Below are positions 9,430 through 17,746 of a stretch of DNA of 20,000 bases, piece after piece. The notes below the pieces were generated by a model. That model saw nothing but the letters and a program-made list of their open reading frames with translations. It was not told where the DNA came from and did not search any database. Source of the DNA: an uncultured virus (IMG/VR IMGVR_UViG_3300028027_000046) (taxonomy: Duplodnaviria > Heunggongvirae > Uroviricota > Caudoviricetes); the IMG/VR virus record IMGVR_UViG_3300028027_000046; one strand, given 5' to 3'. The translations under genes were made by a program, and so were the position numbers. Numbering within the stretch: the first letter of the stretch is position 1; the number at the start of each line of letters is the position of its first letter.

Positions 9430-9458
9430 CTTTCCCAACAAAACATAATTTAGGAAAA

Positions 9459-10487
9459 ATGGCAACAAACAGAGACATGCTTGCAGAAGCAATCGCTGAC
9501 GCTAAAGCAGTAAAAGACATGGCTATAGCTAACGCAAAAGCAGCTCTGGAAGAAGCATTCACACCTCAACTAAAATCTATGTTATCGTTAAAACTTCAAG
9601 AAATGGCTGACGAATATACGTCAGAAGAATCAGTAGAAGAAATGTACGATGAAGTAGAAGAAGGATTTGGTGAATTCGATACCCCTGAAAACACAGGATT
9701 CGGCGAAATGGGTAAAAAAGCCCTTGACGAAGAAGATATCGACTTAGAAGAGCTACTTGCAGAGATTGAATTAGAAGAAGAAATCGACGAAACTTTAAAC
9801 GAAGCTGAAGAAGCTGGTGAATCTGAAGAAGAGGAAGCAGGTGAAGAAGAAGAGGAAGAAGGCGAGCCGATGAAATTAGAAGACATGACTGATGAAGATT
9901 TAAAAGCAATGATCGAAGACGTAATCGCGGATATGGTTAAAGCTGGAGAATTAGAAGCAGGACATGAAGAAGGTGAAGGTGAAGAAGGCGATGAAGAAAT
10001 CGACATGGAAATGGACGGTGAAGAAGAAGACGTAGACTTAGCTGAATTGTTACGCGAAATTGAAGAAGATACAGTTATGGAAACAACAGCAACAACTACA
10101 GAAACAACAACAGTAGACACTACAGCATTAACTACAGAATTAGAAAATGCATATACTACAATCAACACGTTACGTTCAGAACTAAACGAAATCAACTTAC
10201 TAAACGCTAAGTTACTTTACACTAACAAAATATTCAAAGCTAAAACTTTGAACGAAGAACAAAAAGTAAAAGTGTTAAGTTCATTTGACAAAGCTACTAC
10301 AGTTAAAGAAGTAAAATTGGTTTATTCAACTTTAAACGAGGGATTAAAAGTTAAAAATACACCAATTCGCGAAAACTTAGGTAGAGCATCAAAAGCAACA
10401 AATACACCAGTTGTAAACACTAAACAGCCAATCGTAGAATCAAACGCAGTGTTTGACAGAATGCGTAAATTGGCTGGATTAATTTAA
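9459..10487 (+). CDS. Prohead scaffolding/core protein (gp22 position)
   Basis: Highly acidic with coiled-coil ends; sits between protease and MCP; C-terminal RMRKLAGL basic helix typical of scaffolds. Confidence 0.8.
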   Translation: MATNRDMLAEAIADAKAVKDMAIANAKAALEEAFTPQLKSMLSLKLQEMADEYTSEESVEEMYDEVEEGFGEFDTPENTGFGEMGKKALDEEDIDLEELLAEIELEEEIDETLNEAEEAGESEEEEAGEEEEEEGEPMKLEDMTDEDLKAMIEDVIADMVKAGELEAGHEEGEGEEGDEEIDMEMDGEEEDVDLAELLREIEEDTVMETTATTTETTTVDTTALTTELENAYTTINTLRSELNEINLLNAKLLYTNKIFKAKTLNEEQKVKVLSSFDKATTVKEVKLVYSTLNEGLKVKNTPIRENLGRASKATNTPVVNTKQPIVESNAVFDRMRKLAGLI

Positions 10488-10507
10488 TTTAAACTTAAAA
10501 CAAACAA

Positions 10508-12175
10508 ATGTCAACAATTAACGAATTATTAGAAAGCTCAGCTGCAGGTTGGAAAAACTTGCAAAGCGATGCAGCCAGAATGGCTACAAAATGGGGAAAA
10601 ACAGGCCTATTAGAAGGTGTTAACTCAGAAATTGAGAAAAACAACATGGCAATGATCCTTGAAAACCAAGCTAAGCAATTAGTTATGGAATCTAACAACA
10701 CAAACCAAGGTGGTGCTACATTTTCAGTAGGACAAGGCGAGCAATGGGCAGGAGTAGCTTTACCATTAGTACGTAAAGTATTCGGTTCTTTATCAACTAA
10801 AGAATTTATGTCTGTCCAACCAATGAACTTACCTTCAGGTCTAGTTTTCTTCTTGGATTTCGCATTCGGTCAAAACAAGAAATTGAATTTCGGACCAGCA
10901 GGTGATATCTACGGAACAGGTTCATTATACGGTGTTACTAACCCAGGTGCTGCAAACGATCCAAATGGTGGTTTATACGGTGCTGGACGTTTTGGTTACA
11001 CAATCAACCAATTCTCAGCATCTGCTACAACTACAGTTGCTACTGCATCTTGGGCGGACGTTAACTATGCTGCTGAATTGTCTGCATCTGTTGCTGCTGG
11101 AGCATATACGAAAGTATCTGTTGCTGCATCTGCATTAACTCGTCCTGACTTGAAAGGTGTTAGAGCATTTACATTAGCTTCTGGATCAACTTTGACTCCA
11201 AACACAAACGCTAAAGTATTACCTCAATTCACTAAAACAGACGGAACAAACGTATCATTCATCTATGTAGGTGCTGTTGCTTCTGCTGACGTTCCTGCTG
11301 CAGGTGCTGGAAACGTTGTATGGTACAACCAACAACCAGTTGATAACAACAGAGGTGATTTCGAAGATGCATCAGGTGCTGGATACGCAAACGCAGGATC
11401 TACAGCAGCTGATCAATTAGCTATCCCATCTATCGATATCAAATTGAAATCAGAAGCTATTGTTGCTAAAACACGTAAGTTAAAAGCACAATGGACTCCA
11501 GAGTTCGCACAAGATTTGAACGCTTACCAATCATTGGATGCTGAAGCAGAATTAACATCAATCATGTCTGAGTACATCGCATTAGAAATCGATTTAGAAA
11601 ACTTAGATATGTTGATCCAAGACGCTTCTGCAGCAGATGAGTACTGGTCAGCAGTAAACAACAAGTCATTAAATTCAGCTAAAACTGGATATGATAACTT
11701 AGGTTTCTACAATACACAAGGACAATGGTTCCAAACTTTAGGAACTAAATTCCAAAAAGTATCTAACAAAATTCACCAAAAGACATTAAGAGGTGGTGCT
11801 AACTTCATGGTATGTTCTCCAGCTGTAGCAACAATCCTTGAGTCTATCCCAGGATTTGCTTCATCTTCTGATGGTGATGTAACTAAAGCAAGCTACGCTT
11901 TTGGTATCCAAAAAGCAGGTAACTTGAACAACCGTTACACAGTATACAAAAACCCATATATGACTGAAAACGTTATCTTAATGGGATACAGAGGTGCTCA
12001 ATTCTTGGAAACAGGAGCTGTATTTGCGCCTTACGTTCCATTAATCATGACGCCACTTGTATATGATCCTGAAACATTCACACCAAGAAAAGGTCTATTG
12101 ACTCGCTACGCGAAAAAGATGATAAGACCGGAATTTTATGGAAGAGTGTTTGTTTCTGACTTAGCAAGCATCTAA
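10508..12175 (+). CDS. gp23: Major capsid protein (T4 gp23-like)
   Basis: ILENQ, LPLVRKVF, VQPMNLPSGLVF, AKTRKLKAQWTPEFAQDL, DAEAEL, FAPYVPL, PETFTPRKGLLTRY; strongly biased codon use. Confidence 0.97.
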   Translation: MSTINELLESSAAGWKNLQSDAARMATKWGKTGLLEGVNSEIEKNNMAMILENQAKQLVMESNNTNQGGATFSVGQGEQWAGVALPLVRKVFGSLSTKEFMSVQPMNLPSGLVFFLDFAFGQNKKLNFGPAGDIYGTGSLYGVTNPGAANDPNGGLYGAGRFGYTINQFSASATTTVATASWADVNYAAELSASVAAGAYTKVSVAASALTRPDLKGVRAFTLASGSTLTPNTNAKVLPQFTKTDGTNVSFIYVGAVASADVPAAGAGNVVWYNQQPVDNNRGDFEDASGAGYANAGSTAADQLAIPSIDIKLKSEAIVAKTRKLKAQWTPEFAQDLNAYQSLDAEAELTSIMSEYIALEIDLENLDMLIQDASAADEYWSAVNNKSLNSAKTGYDNLGFYNTQGQWFQTLGTKFQKVSNKIHQKTLRGGANFMVCSPAVATILESIPGFASSSDGDVTKASYAFGIQKAGNLNNRYTVYKNPYMTENVILMGYRGAQFLETGAVFAPYVPLIMTPLVYDPETFTPRKGLLTRYAKKMIRPEFYGRVFVSDLASI

Positions 12176-12206
12176 TCGCGCGTAAAATCGCAGATTTCAC
12201 GCTAAA

Positions 12207-12237
12207 AAGGGCGCCGGTTTCGGCGCCCTTCTTTTTT
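12207..12237 (+). terminator. Strong Rho-independent terminator after MCP
   Basis: AAGGGCGCCG-gttt-CGGCGCCCTT perfect 10-bp stem followed by CTTTTTT; an imperfect hairpin precedes it at 12180-12202. Confidence 0.9.
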
Positions 12238-12295
12238 CCCATTACCCTTTACCCACACATATAATCACTTATTTTCCCCTTATGCTTGTCCCCCC

Positions 12296-12328
12296 TATGT
12301 TCCTTTAGTATATTTATACCGGAACATA
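12296..12328 (+). promoter_or_regulatory. Late promoter motif (12311-12318) enclosed by an 8-bp inverted repeat
   Basis: TATGTTCC(12296-12303)-tttagtaTATTTATAcc-GGAACATA(12321-12328); ATG at 12341. Confidence 0.6.
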
Positions 12329-12340
12329 AGGTACATTAAT

Positions 12341-14044
12341 ATGAAAAAAACAGGCATATATAAAATCACATCACCATCCAACAAAATATATATTGGTCAA
12401 TCACTGGATATAGACAAACGTTGGTACCATTACCAAAATTTACGTTGCAAAGGTCAACCACAACTGTACAATTCACTCATTCACCACGGTATAAACAACC
12501 ATATATTTGAGATACTTGAGGAATGCAACCCAGACATACTGGATGAACGTGAAACACACCACAAACAAATCCACGTAGACATATATGGGTGGGATTTATC
12601 CATGTTTACCATGTTAAACGATGGTAAAGGTGGTAACAAATCATCTACCACTAAACAGAAAATGTCCATTTCATCCATCAAAAACACACGTGCCGTAAAT
12701 GTATACAAACTGGATGGTACATTCATAGCTAAATTTGATTCACCATCACAAGCCAAAACCATATTATTCCCGGACATCAAAGACACCACAGGTGGTATTA
12801 TCCAGTCATGCAACCAATCCAAACAAAAAACATTCCGCGGCTGTATATTCCAGTGGTCGGATGACGACAACATACAACAAATACTAACTGGGTTGCAAAA
12901 CAATGTAAAAATCAAACAACAAACTGTATTGCAATACGATTTGGAAGGTACATTCATTCGTGAATACCCAAATAGTTACTATGTCGAAAAAGAATACGCT
13001 AAACAAGGTATACGCATCAACTCCACCGACATTCGAGCATGTTGTAATGGCAAACAGAAAACATGTGGTGGATATAAGTGGACATACGGTACATCACTAA
13101 TAGAGAACACCATCAAAGAATACGATTTAAACCACATTGAAACACAAAAACACATACACAACCAATACAAACACGAATTAACCAAACACAAACCAAACAT
13201 ATTTAAATTAACAGCATATATATCCAGTCTATACACCGGAAATATATTACATAATTACCATAGCGAAATAGACATATACATGCCTGATTTGGGGTTGGGT
13301 ATCAACGTAGTTGATTTAAAGGACAGCACGTTATATGAAAAAAACTATACCCGCAATTTATCCACCAAATATAACCAGTTAAACATTAAACTCATACAAA
13401 TATTCTCGGACGAATTACTAAACAAAAAAGACATTGTGTATTCACGAATACAAAACGAACTAAAAGCAAATCCCACCACTATATTTGCTCGTAAATGTGA
13501 AATACGTGAGGTAGCACCCAACATTAAAAACACATTCCTCGACCAAAACCACATTCAGGGGCGTGACCAAGCATTCTACAAATACGGGCTATACTACCAG
13601 AACGAACTGGTATCCATAATGACATTCAGAAAACCACGCACCGCAATAGGTAAAACAAACGTAAACAATGGCGACACCTGGGAACTTATTCGATTTTGCA
13701 ACAAAAAATACACCAATGTAGTTGGTGCTGCCTCACGTTTACTTAAACATTTCATCCGTGAAGTAAACCCACAACATATATATTCATTTGCAGACAACAG
13801 ATGGTCATCACCTGTAAATAATTTATATTTAACTTGTGGATTCACACATGTATCAACATCCCAGCATGGGTATTGGTATACTAAAGACTATATGAGCAGG
13901 GAACACCGATTCAATTACAATAAAGGTGCACTTAAGAAAATGGGTATGGACACTGACAGCCATACCGAAGTAGAATTAATGCGAAATATGGGTTACCACC
14001 GTGTATGGGATTGTGGTGTAACTAGATTTGAAATGGTACTTTAA
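12341..14044 (+). CDS. Free-standing homing endonuclease-like fusion: GIY-YIG + two NUMOD1-like repeats + Hef-like C-terminal half
   Basis: GIYKIT...IYIGQS...KRW with Arg27 and Glu71; VYKLDGTFIAKFDS and QYDLEGTFIREYPN...CGGYKW repeats; EIDIYMP, IFARKC, FLDQNHIQG, WELIRFC, GAASRLLKHF, SFADNRWS, VWDCG as in Hef-like phage proteins. Confidence 0.85.
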   Translation: MKKTGIYKITSPSNKIYIGQSLDIDKRWYHYQNLRCKGQPQLYNSLIHHGINNHIFEILEECNPDILDERETHHKQIHVDIYGWDLSMFTMLNDGKGGNKSSTTKQKMSISSIKNTRAVNVYKLDGTFIAKFDSPSQAKTILFPDIKDTTGGIIQSCNQSKQKTFRGCIFQWSDDDNIQQILTGLQNNVKIKQQTVLQYDLEGTFIREYPNSYYVEKEYAKQGIRINSTDIRACCNGKQKTCGGYKWTYGTSLIENTIKEYDLNHIETQKHIHNQYKHELTKHKPNIFKLTAYISSLYTGNILHNYHSEIDIYMPDLGLGINVVDLKDSTLYEKNYTRNLSTKYNQLNIKLIQIFSDELLNKKDIVYSRIQNELKANPTTIFARKCEIREVAPNIKNTFLDQNHIQGRDQAFYKYGLYYQNELVSIMTFRKPRTAIGKTNVNNGDTWELIRFCNKKYTNVVGAASRLLKHFIREVNPQHIYSFADNRWSSPVNNLYLTCGFTHVSTSQHGYWYTKDYMSREHRFNYNKGALKKMGMDTDSHTEVELMRNMGYHRVWDCGVTRFEMVL

Positions 14045-14071
14045 ATTTGGCTATCCACCAACCATTTAGTA

Positions 14072-14079
14072 TATTTATA
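14072..14079 (+). promoter_or_regulatory. Putative phage late promoter TATTTATA
   Basis: Ends 14 nt before ATG 14094; lies within a 16-bp sequence identical to 12304-12319. Confidence 0.65.
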
Positions 14080-14093
14080 CTAAAACAAGTTAT

Positions 14094-14789
14094 ATGACTG
14101 ACTATAACCGTACTCCGGAAGCACAAGATGTATTCAAGGAAAAACGCAAACCTAAGGGACCCATTAAATTCAAAATGTCCCTTAATGAAGAACAAAAAGA
14201 AGCAAAAGACATCATCCTAAACACACCCGTAACATTAATCAAGGGTATGGCTGGTAGTGGTAAAACATTATTAGCATGTCAGATAGCACTGGATTTGGTA
14301 TTCCGTAAGGAAATGGAAAAACTAATCATCACCCGACCTACCGTAGCAAAAGAGGACATTGGTTTCCTTCCTGGCGACTTGAAGGAAAAAATGGACCCGT
14401 GGTTAGCACCCATATACGCCAATCTATACATGTTGTACGATAAGGAAAAAATCGACAAGTTAATTGCAGACGGCGTAATTGAAGTAGTACCATTTGCATT
14501 CATGCGAGGCCGCACATTCCCCAATTCATTCGTAATTGTAGACGAATGCCAGAACATCACCCACCCACAAACCGAAATGATTTTGGGCCGTTTGGGTAAA
14601 GGTGGAAAAATGGTATTTTGTGGCGATATATCCCAGGTAGATTTACGTTCCAAAAAAGAATCCGGTATATCATTCTTCAACCGCTTGGAAGAACGCACAC
14701 CCACAGTTAAAGTGGTTACCCTTAAGAAAAACCACCGCCATGAGGCCGTAGAGGACATACTTAAAATATACGAAGAATTTCGTGATTAA
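14094..14789 (+). CDS. phoH: PhoH-family ATPase
   Basis: GMAGSGKT Walker A, IITRP, IGFLPGDLKEKMDPW, FMRGRTF, IVDECQN, GDISQVD, NHRH. Confidence 0.95.
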   Translation: MTDYNRTPEAQDVFKEKRKPKGPIKFKMSLNEEQKEAKDIILNTPVTLIKGMAGSGKTLLACQIALDLVFRKEMEKLIITRPTVAKEDIGFLPGDLKEKMDPWLAPIYANLYMLYDKEKIDKLIADGVIEVVPFAFMRGRTFPNSFVIVDECQNITHPQTEMILGRLGKGGKMVFCGDISQVDLRSKKESGISFFNRLEERTPTVKVVTLKKNHRHEAVEDILKIYEEFRD

Positions 14790-14801
14790 CCTGTTTACCC
14801 A

Positions 14802-14809
14802 TATTTATA
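14802..14809 (+). promoter_or_regulatory. Putative phage late promoter TATTTATA
   Basis: Intergenic; ends 14 nt before ATG 14824. Confidence 0.65.
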
Positions 14810-14823
14810 CATAAACAAAATAC

Positions 14824-16074
14824 ATGCCCAATTTAACATTACGCTCAACCAAAGGAGCACCATTAACTCATGATGAACTAGACGGCAACTTTGAGTACTT
14901 TACGGGCTCAATTAACGCAATAAACGCGTCAACCGGTTCATTCCTAACTAGTGCTGCTACATCATCAATGAACATCTCAGATACATTGTATACTGTTAAT
15001 ACTGCACTAAGCGCTAGTGGGTCAACACAATCCACAACTTCAGTGTGTTCGTATGGTGTAAACGTATTCGAATATGTTACATTAAGTAATATTGCTGCTA
15101 AATTACCTCAACCAGTAACTGGTAAAAGTGTAAAAATAATTAACCTTGGAAATACATTATTAAAAGTGTATCCATCAAACGTGGGTGGTCAAATCAACAA
15201 TTTACCAATCAACGAACCAGCAATCATCCCACCAGATGGAAATTTATACGAATTCATTTGTATCAAAAATCCATTACCAGGAGCGTGGACATTCTCAACC
15301 CCAGCTACTGGGCAATACGATAGTGGTGAGATTAGTATATCTATTGATTCATCAAACCCTAATTCAGTAGTAACTGCTATAAACTCTGAAAAATACGGTT
15401 ATATCAGTGGAGGTGCTGGTGGTACAATGAACAATAATTCAAAAAACAAACCACCCCAATGGTTACCTTCCGGCTTTGTCCTAGGTGAATATAATCCTGG
15501 TTTACTAGGCCTTTATTTCAGACCAGATACTCCATGGAATGGTATTAGTAAGGTCAAGGTATATACTAACCTTATACAAGCATACGATGAATATGGTGAT
15601 GAAATATCTATGGGAGGTGATACTAGAATTCTAGCCGCTGGTAGATATGAGTATTATAGTCTAACAAACCCTACACAATTAGTGGGAAATAATGGAGGAG
15701 CAATATCCACCCAAATTATCGAATTATCCACAAACAAAACCATTGGTGGAACCCCAACAACAGGTAGTACAGAATATACATCAACAAATATAGGTGACCC
15801 AGGTACATTGTGGGGTGAATTCATAAAAGCAGAAACCACATCATCATATTATGTAGGAGTTGATGCTGGTAGTATAGGTAATGAATACGAGGGCACATTT
15901 ATAGGTAATAAATCACTAGGTACTGTGCCTTACCCATTCACATCCCCAGTATCCCAAGGAACCCCAGTAGAATATTATTATTCATCGTATATTTCATTCC
16001 AGATGGATGTATTACCGTATGATAATGTAGGTACCATAGATCTCAAATTCAGATTCGTAATCGAATATTATTAA
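14824..16074 (+). CDS. Hypothetical virion protein (fibre/decoration-like)
   Basis: 416 aa, G/S/T/N-rich. The N-terminal LTLRSTKGAPLTHDELDGNF resembles a short motif that begins many phage fibre-like proteins. Has its own promoter motif and terminator. Confidence 0.6.
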   Translation: MPNLTLRSTKGAPLTHDELDGNFEYFTGSINAINASTGSFLTSAATSSMNISDTLYTVNTALSASGSTQSTTSVCSYGVNVFEYVTLSNIAAKLPQPVTGKSVKIINLGNTLLKVYPSNVGGQINNLPINEPAIIPPDGNLYEFICIKNPLPGAWTFSTPATGQYDSGEISISIDSSNPNSVVTAINSEKYGYISGGAGGTMNNNSKNKPPQWLPSGFVLGEYNPGLLGLYFRPDTPWNGISKVKVYTNLIQAYDEYGDEISMGGDTRILAAGRYEYYSLTNPTQLVGNNGGAISTQIIELSTNKTIGGTPTTGSTEYTSTNIGDPGTLWGEFIKAETTSSYYVGVDAGSIGNEYEGTFIGNKSLGTVPYPFTSPVSQGTPVEYYYSSYISFQMDVLPYDNVGTIDLKFRFVIEYY

Positions 16075-16080
16075 TAAAAT

Positions 16081-16106
16081 ATGGGCTCTTAACTGAGTCC
16101 ATTTTT
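16081..16106 (+). terminator. Rho-independent terminator
   Basis: ATGGGCTC-ttaact-GAGTCCAT stem (one G:U pair) running into a T5 tract. Confidence 0.7.
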
Positions 16107-16111
16107 GTCAA

Positions 16112-16119
16112 TATTTATA
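16112..16119 (+). promoter_or_regulatory. Putative phage late promoter TATTTATA
   Basis: Directly after the terminator; ends 13 nt before ATG 16133. Confidence 0.65.
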
Positions 16120-16132
16120 CACAAACAATAAA

Positions 16133-16579
16133 ATGGCATCTACCTTAACACCCACTACATTCAAAATACACATCATTGAGGAGCAAATAGTAAGAAACAG
16201 CGTAAACAAAAACGAAATCACTTACACTATCCCAAACGTAAGCAACGTTGACCACAGGATACTTACTTGCCCCGCTACAACTTCGGTTGATTTATTCAAT
16301 TTAAATGGTGTGAATCCGGGAGCGGGTGTATTCCCATCTAGTAGTTTAAAATACGCGCGTATATCTAATTTAGACGACGCAACATCTATCGCTATTACCG
16401 TTAGTGGATCAAAAGGTGGATATACACAAGAATTACTACCTACCTCATCCATATTTATTGTTTCACCTAACATTACCTCAAGCATATTCTCGGGTTCATT
16501 CGGCGATACAATTCAATCCGTTTCGGCATATGCAATAACAGGTAGAGCAGACATAGAGTATACACTAATTAACGCATAA
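16133..16579 (+). CDS. Hypothetical structural protein
   Basis: 148 aa, S/T-rich with beta-like composition; first gene of the neck operon. Confidence 0.65.
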   Translation: MASTLTPTTFKIHIIEEQIVRNSVNKNEITYTIPNVSNVDHRILTCPATTSVDLFNLNGVNPGAGVFPSSSLKYARISNLDDATSIAITVSGSKGGYTQELLPTSSIFIVSPNITSSIFSGSFGDTIQSVSAYAITGRADIEYTLINA

Positions 16580-16583
16580 CGTC

Positions 16584-17735
16584 ATGAACATACCTATTTA
16601 CGCGGGTTCATCATCATTCCAGCCAGGTAAAACACCATTTGGCTTCTACGATGCTGACTTTCAATTTCAAACCGATTCAGACAAATTCACTACATTTGCT
16701 TCACGCAGATTGGGTTACCCAATCATGGAGGTAGAGTTGCAAGACTTAAACTTCTATGCTGCATTTGAGGAAGCAATCACCACATACGGAAACGAGTTAT
16801 ACGCATATCAAGTTGCTGAAAATTTGTTGTCATTTCAAGGCGCACCTACAACTATAAACCCAGGAAACAATGAATTGGTACAGGATAATTTGGCTGCTAT
16901 GGTTCGCTTATCGAATCAGTACGGAACAGAGGCAGGCGTTGGTGGAACTATTGAATATCATACGGGTTCGATTGTACTTAATGGGGGTCAACAGACGTAC
17001 GACTTAAACGAGTGGGCAGCTCAAAACGGTATTAGTAGCGCAATTGAAGTAAAACGTGTATTTTACGAAGCATCTCCGGCCATCACACGTTACTTTGACC
17101 CGTACGCAGGTACTGGTACTGGTATGATGCAAATGATGGACAGTTTCGGTTGGGGTGGATATTCACCAGCAATTAACTTTTTGCTAATGCCTATGAATTA
17201 CGATATTCAGAAAATACAGGCAATTGAGTTAAACGACCAAATTCGTAAATCGCAATACACATTTGAATTGGTGAACAACAAATTGAAATTGTTCCCTATA
17301 CCTAAAACATCATCCATCCAGATACTATACTTCCACTACATACTAACTGACGACCGTAATCAACCATATGTTGATCGCAATGGTGCTAGTATAATTACTA
17401 ACGTATCTAATGTACCATACAATAACCCAAACTATACACAAATCAATTCAATTGGTAGACAGTGGATATTTGAGTACGCATTAGCTATAGTTAAGGAAAT
17501 ACTTGGATACGTTAGAGGTAAATACTCAACCACACCAATACCTGGATCCGAAGTAACATTAAACCAGGGCGATTTAATTACTGCAGCAACTGCAGAAAAA
17601 AACGCGTTAATTGAACGTTTGAGAGTATATTTAGACTCAACATCACGTACCAGTTTAATGGAGAAAAAAGCAAACGAAGCGAAATACCAAAACGACACAA
17701 TAGCACAAGTACCAATGAACATATTTATTGGGTAA
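16584..17735 (+). CDS. gp13: Neck / head-tail adaptor protein (T4 gp13-like)
   Basis: RRLGYPIMEVEL and WIFEYALAIVKEILG...IPGSEVTLN resemble the gp13 N-terminal RRLGAP..NVEL and C-terminal W..YA.A..KE..G...PG...T motifs. Confidence 0.8.
   Translation: MNIPIYAGSSSFQPGKTPFGFYDADFQFQTDSDKFTTFASRRLGYPIMEVELQDLNFYAAFEEAITTYGNELYAYQVAENLLSFQGAPTTINPGNNELVQDNLAAMVRLSNQYGTEAGVGGTIEYHTGSIVLNGGQQTYDLNEWAAQNGISSAIEVKRVFYEASPAITRYFDPYAGTGTGMMQMMDSFGWGGYSPAINFLLMPMNYDIQKIQAIELNDQIRKSQYTFELVNNKLKLFPIPKTSSIQILYFHYILTDDRNQPYVDRNGASIITNVSNVPYNNPNYTQINSIGRQWIFEYALAIVKEILGYVRGKYSTTPIPGSEVTLNQGDLITAATAEKNALIERLRVYLDSTSRTSLMEKKANEAKYQNDTIAQVPMNIFIG
17722..17729 (+). promoter_or_regulatory. Possible variant late promoter TATTTATT
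   Basis: CATATTTATT, ending 17 nt before ATG 17747; the spacing matches the canonical sites. Confidence 0.4.
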
Positions 17736-17746
17736 TATATTAAACA

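Noticed and set aside
9760..10140. GAA-rich and ACA/ACT-rich low-complexity DNA in the scaffold gene
   Set aside because: Explained by the Glu-rich and Thr-rich linker coding; not an independent repeat element.
15900..16074. Possible DGR target (C-terminal KFRFV resembling C-type lectin ends)
   Set aside because: No template repeat, adenine-specific variant copy or reverse transcriptase in the window.
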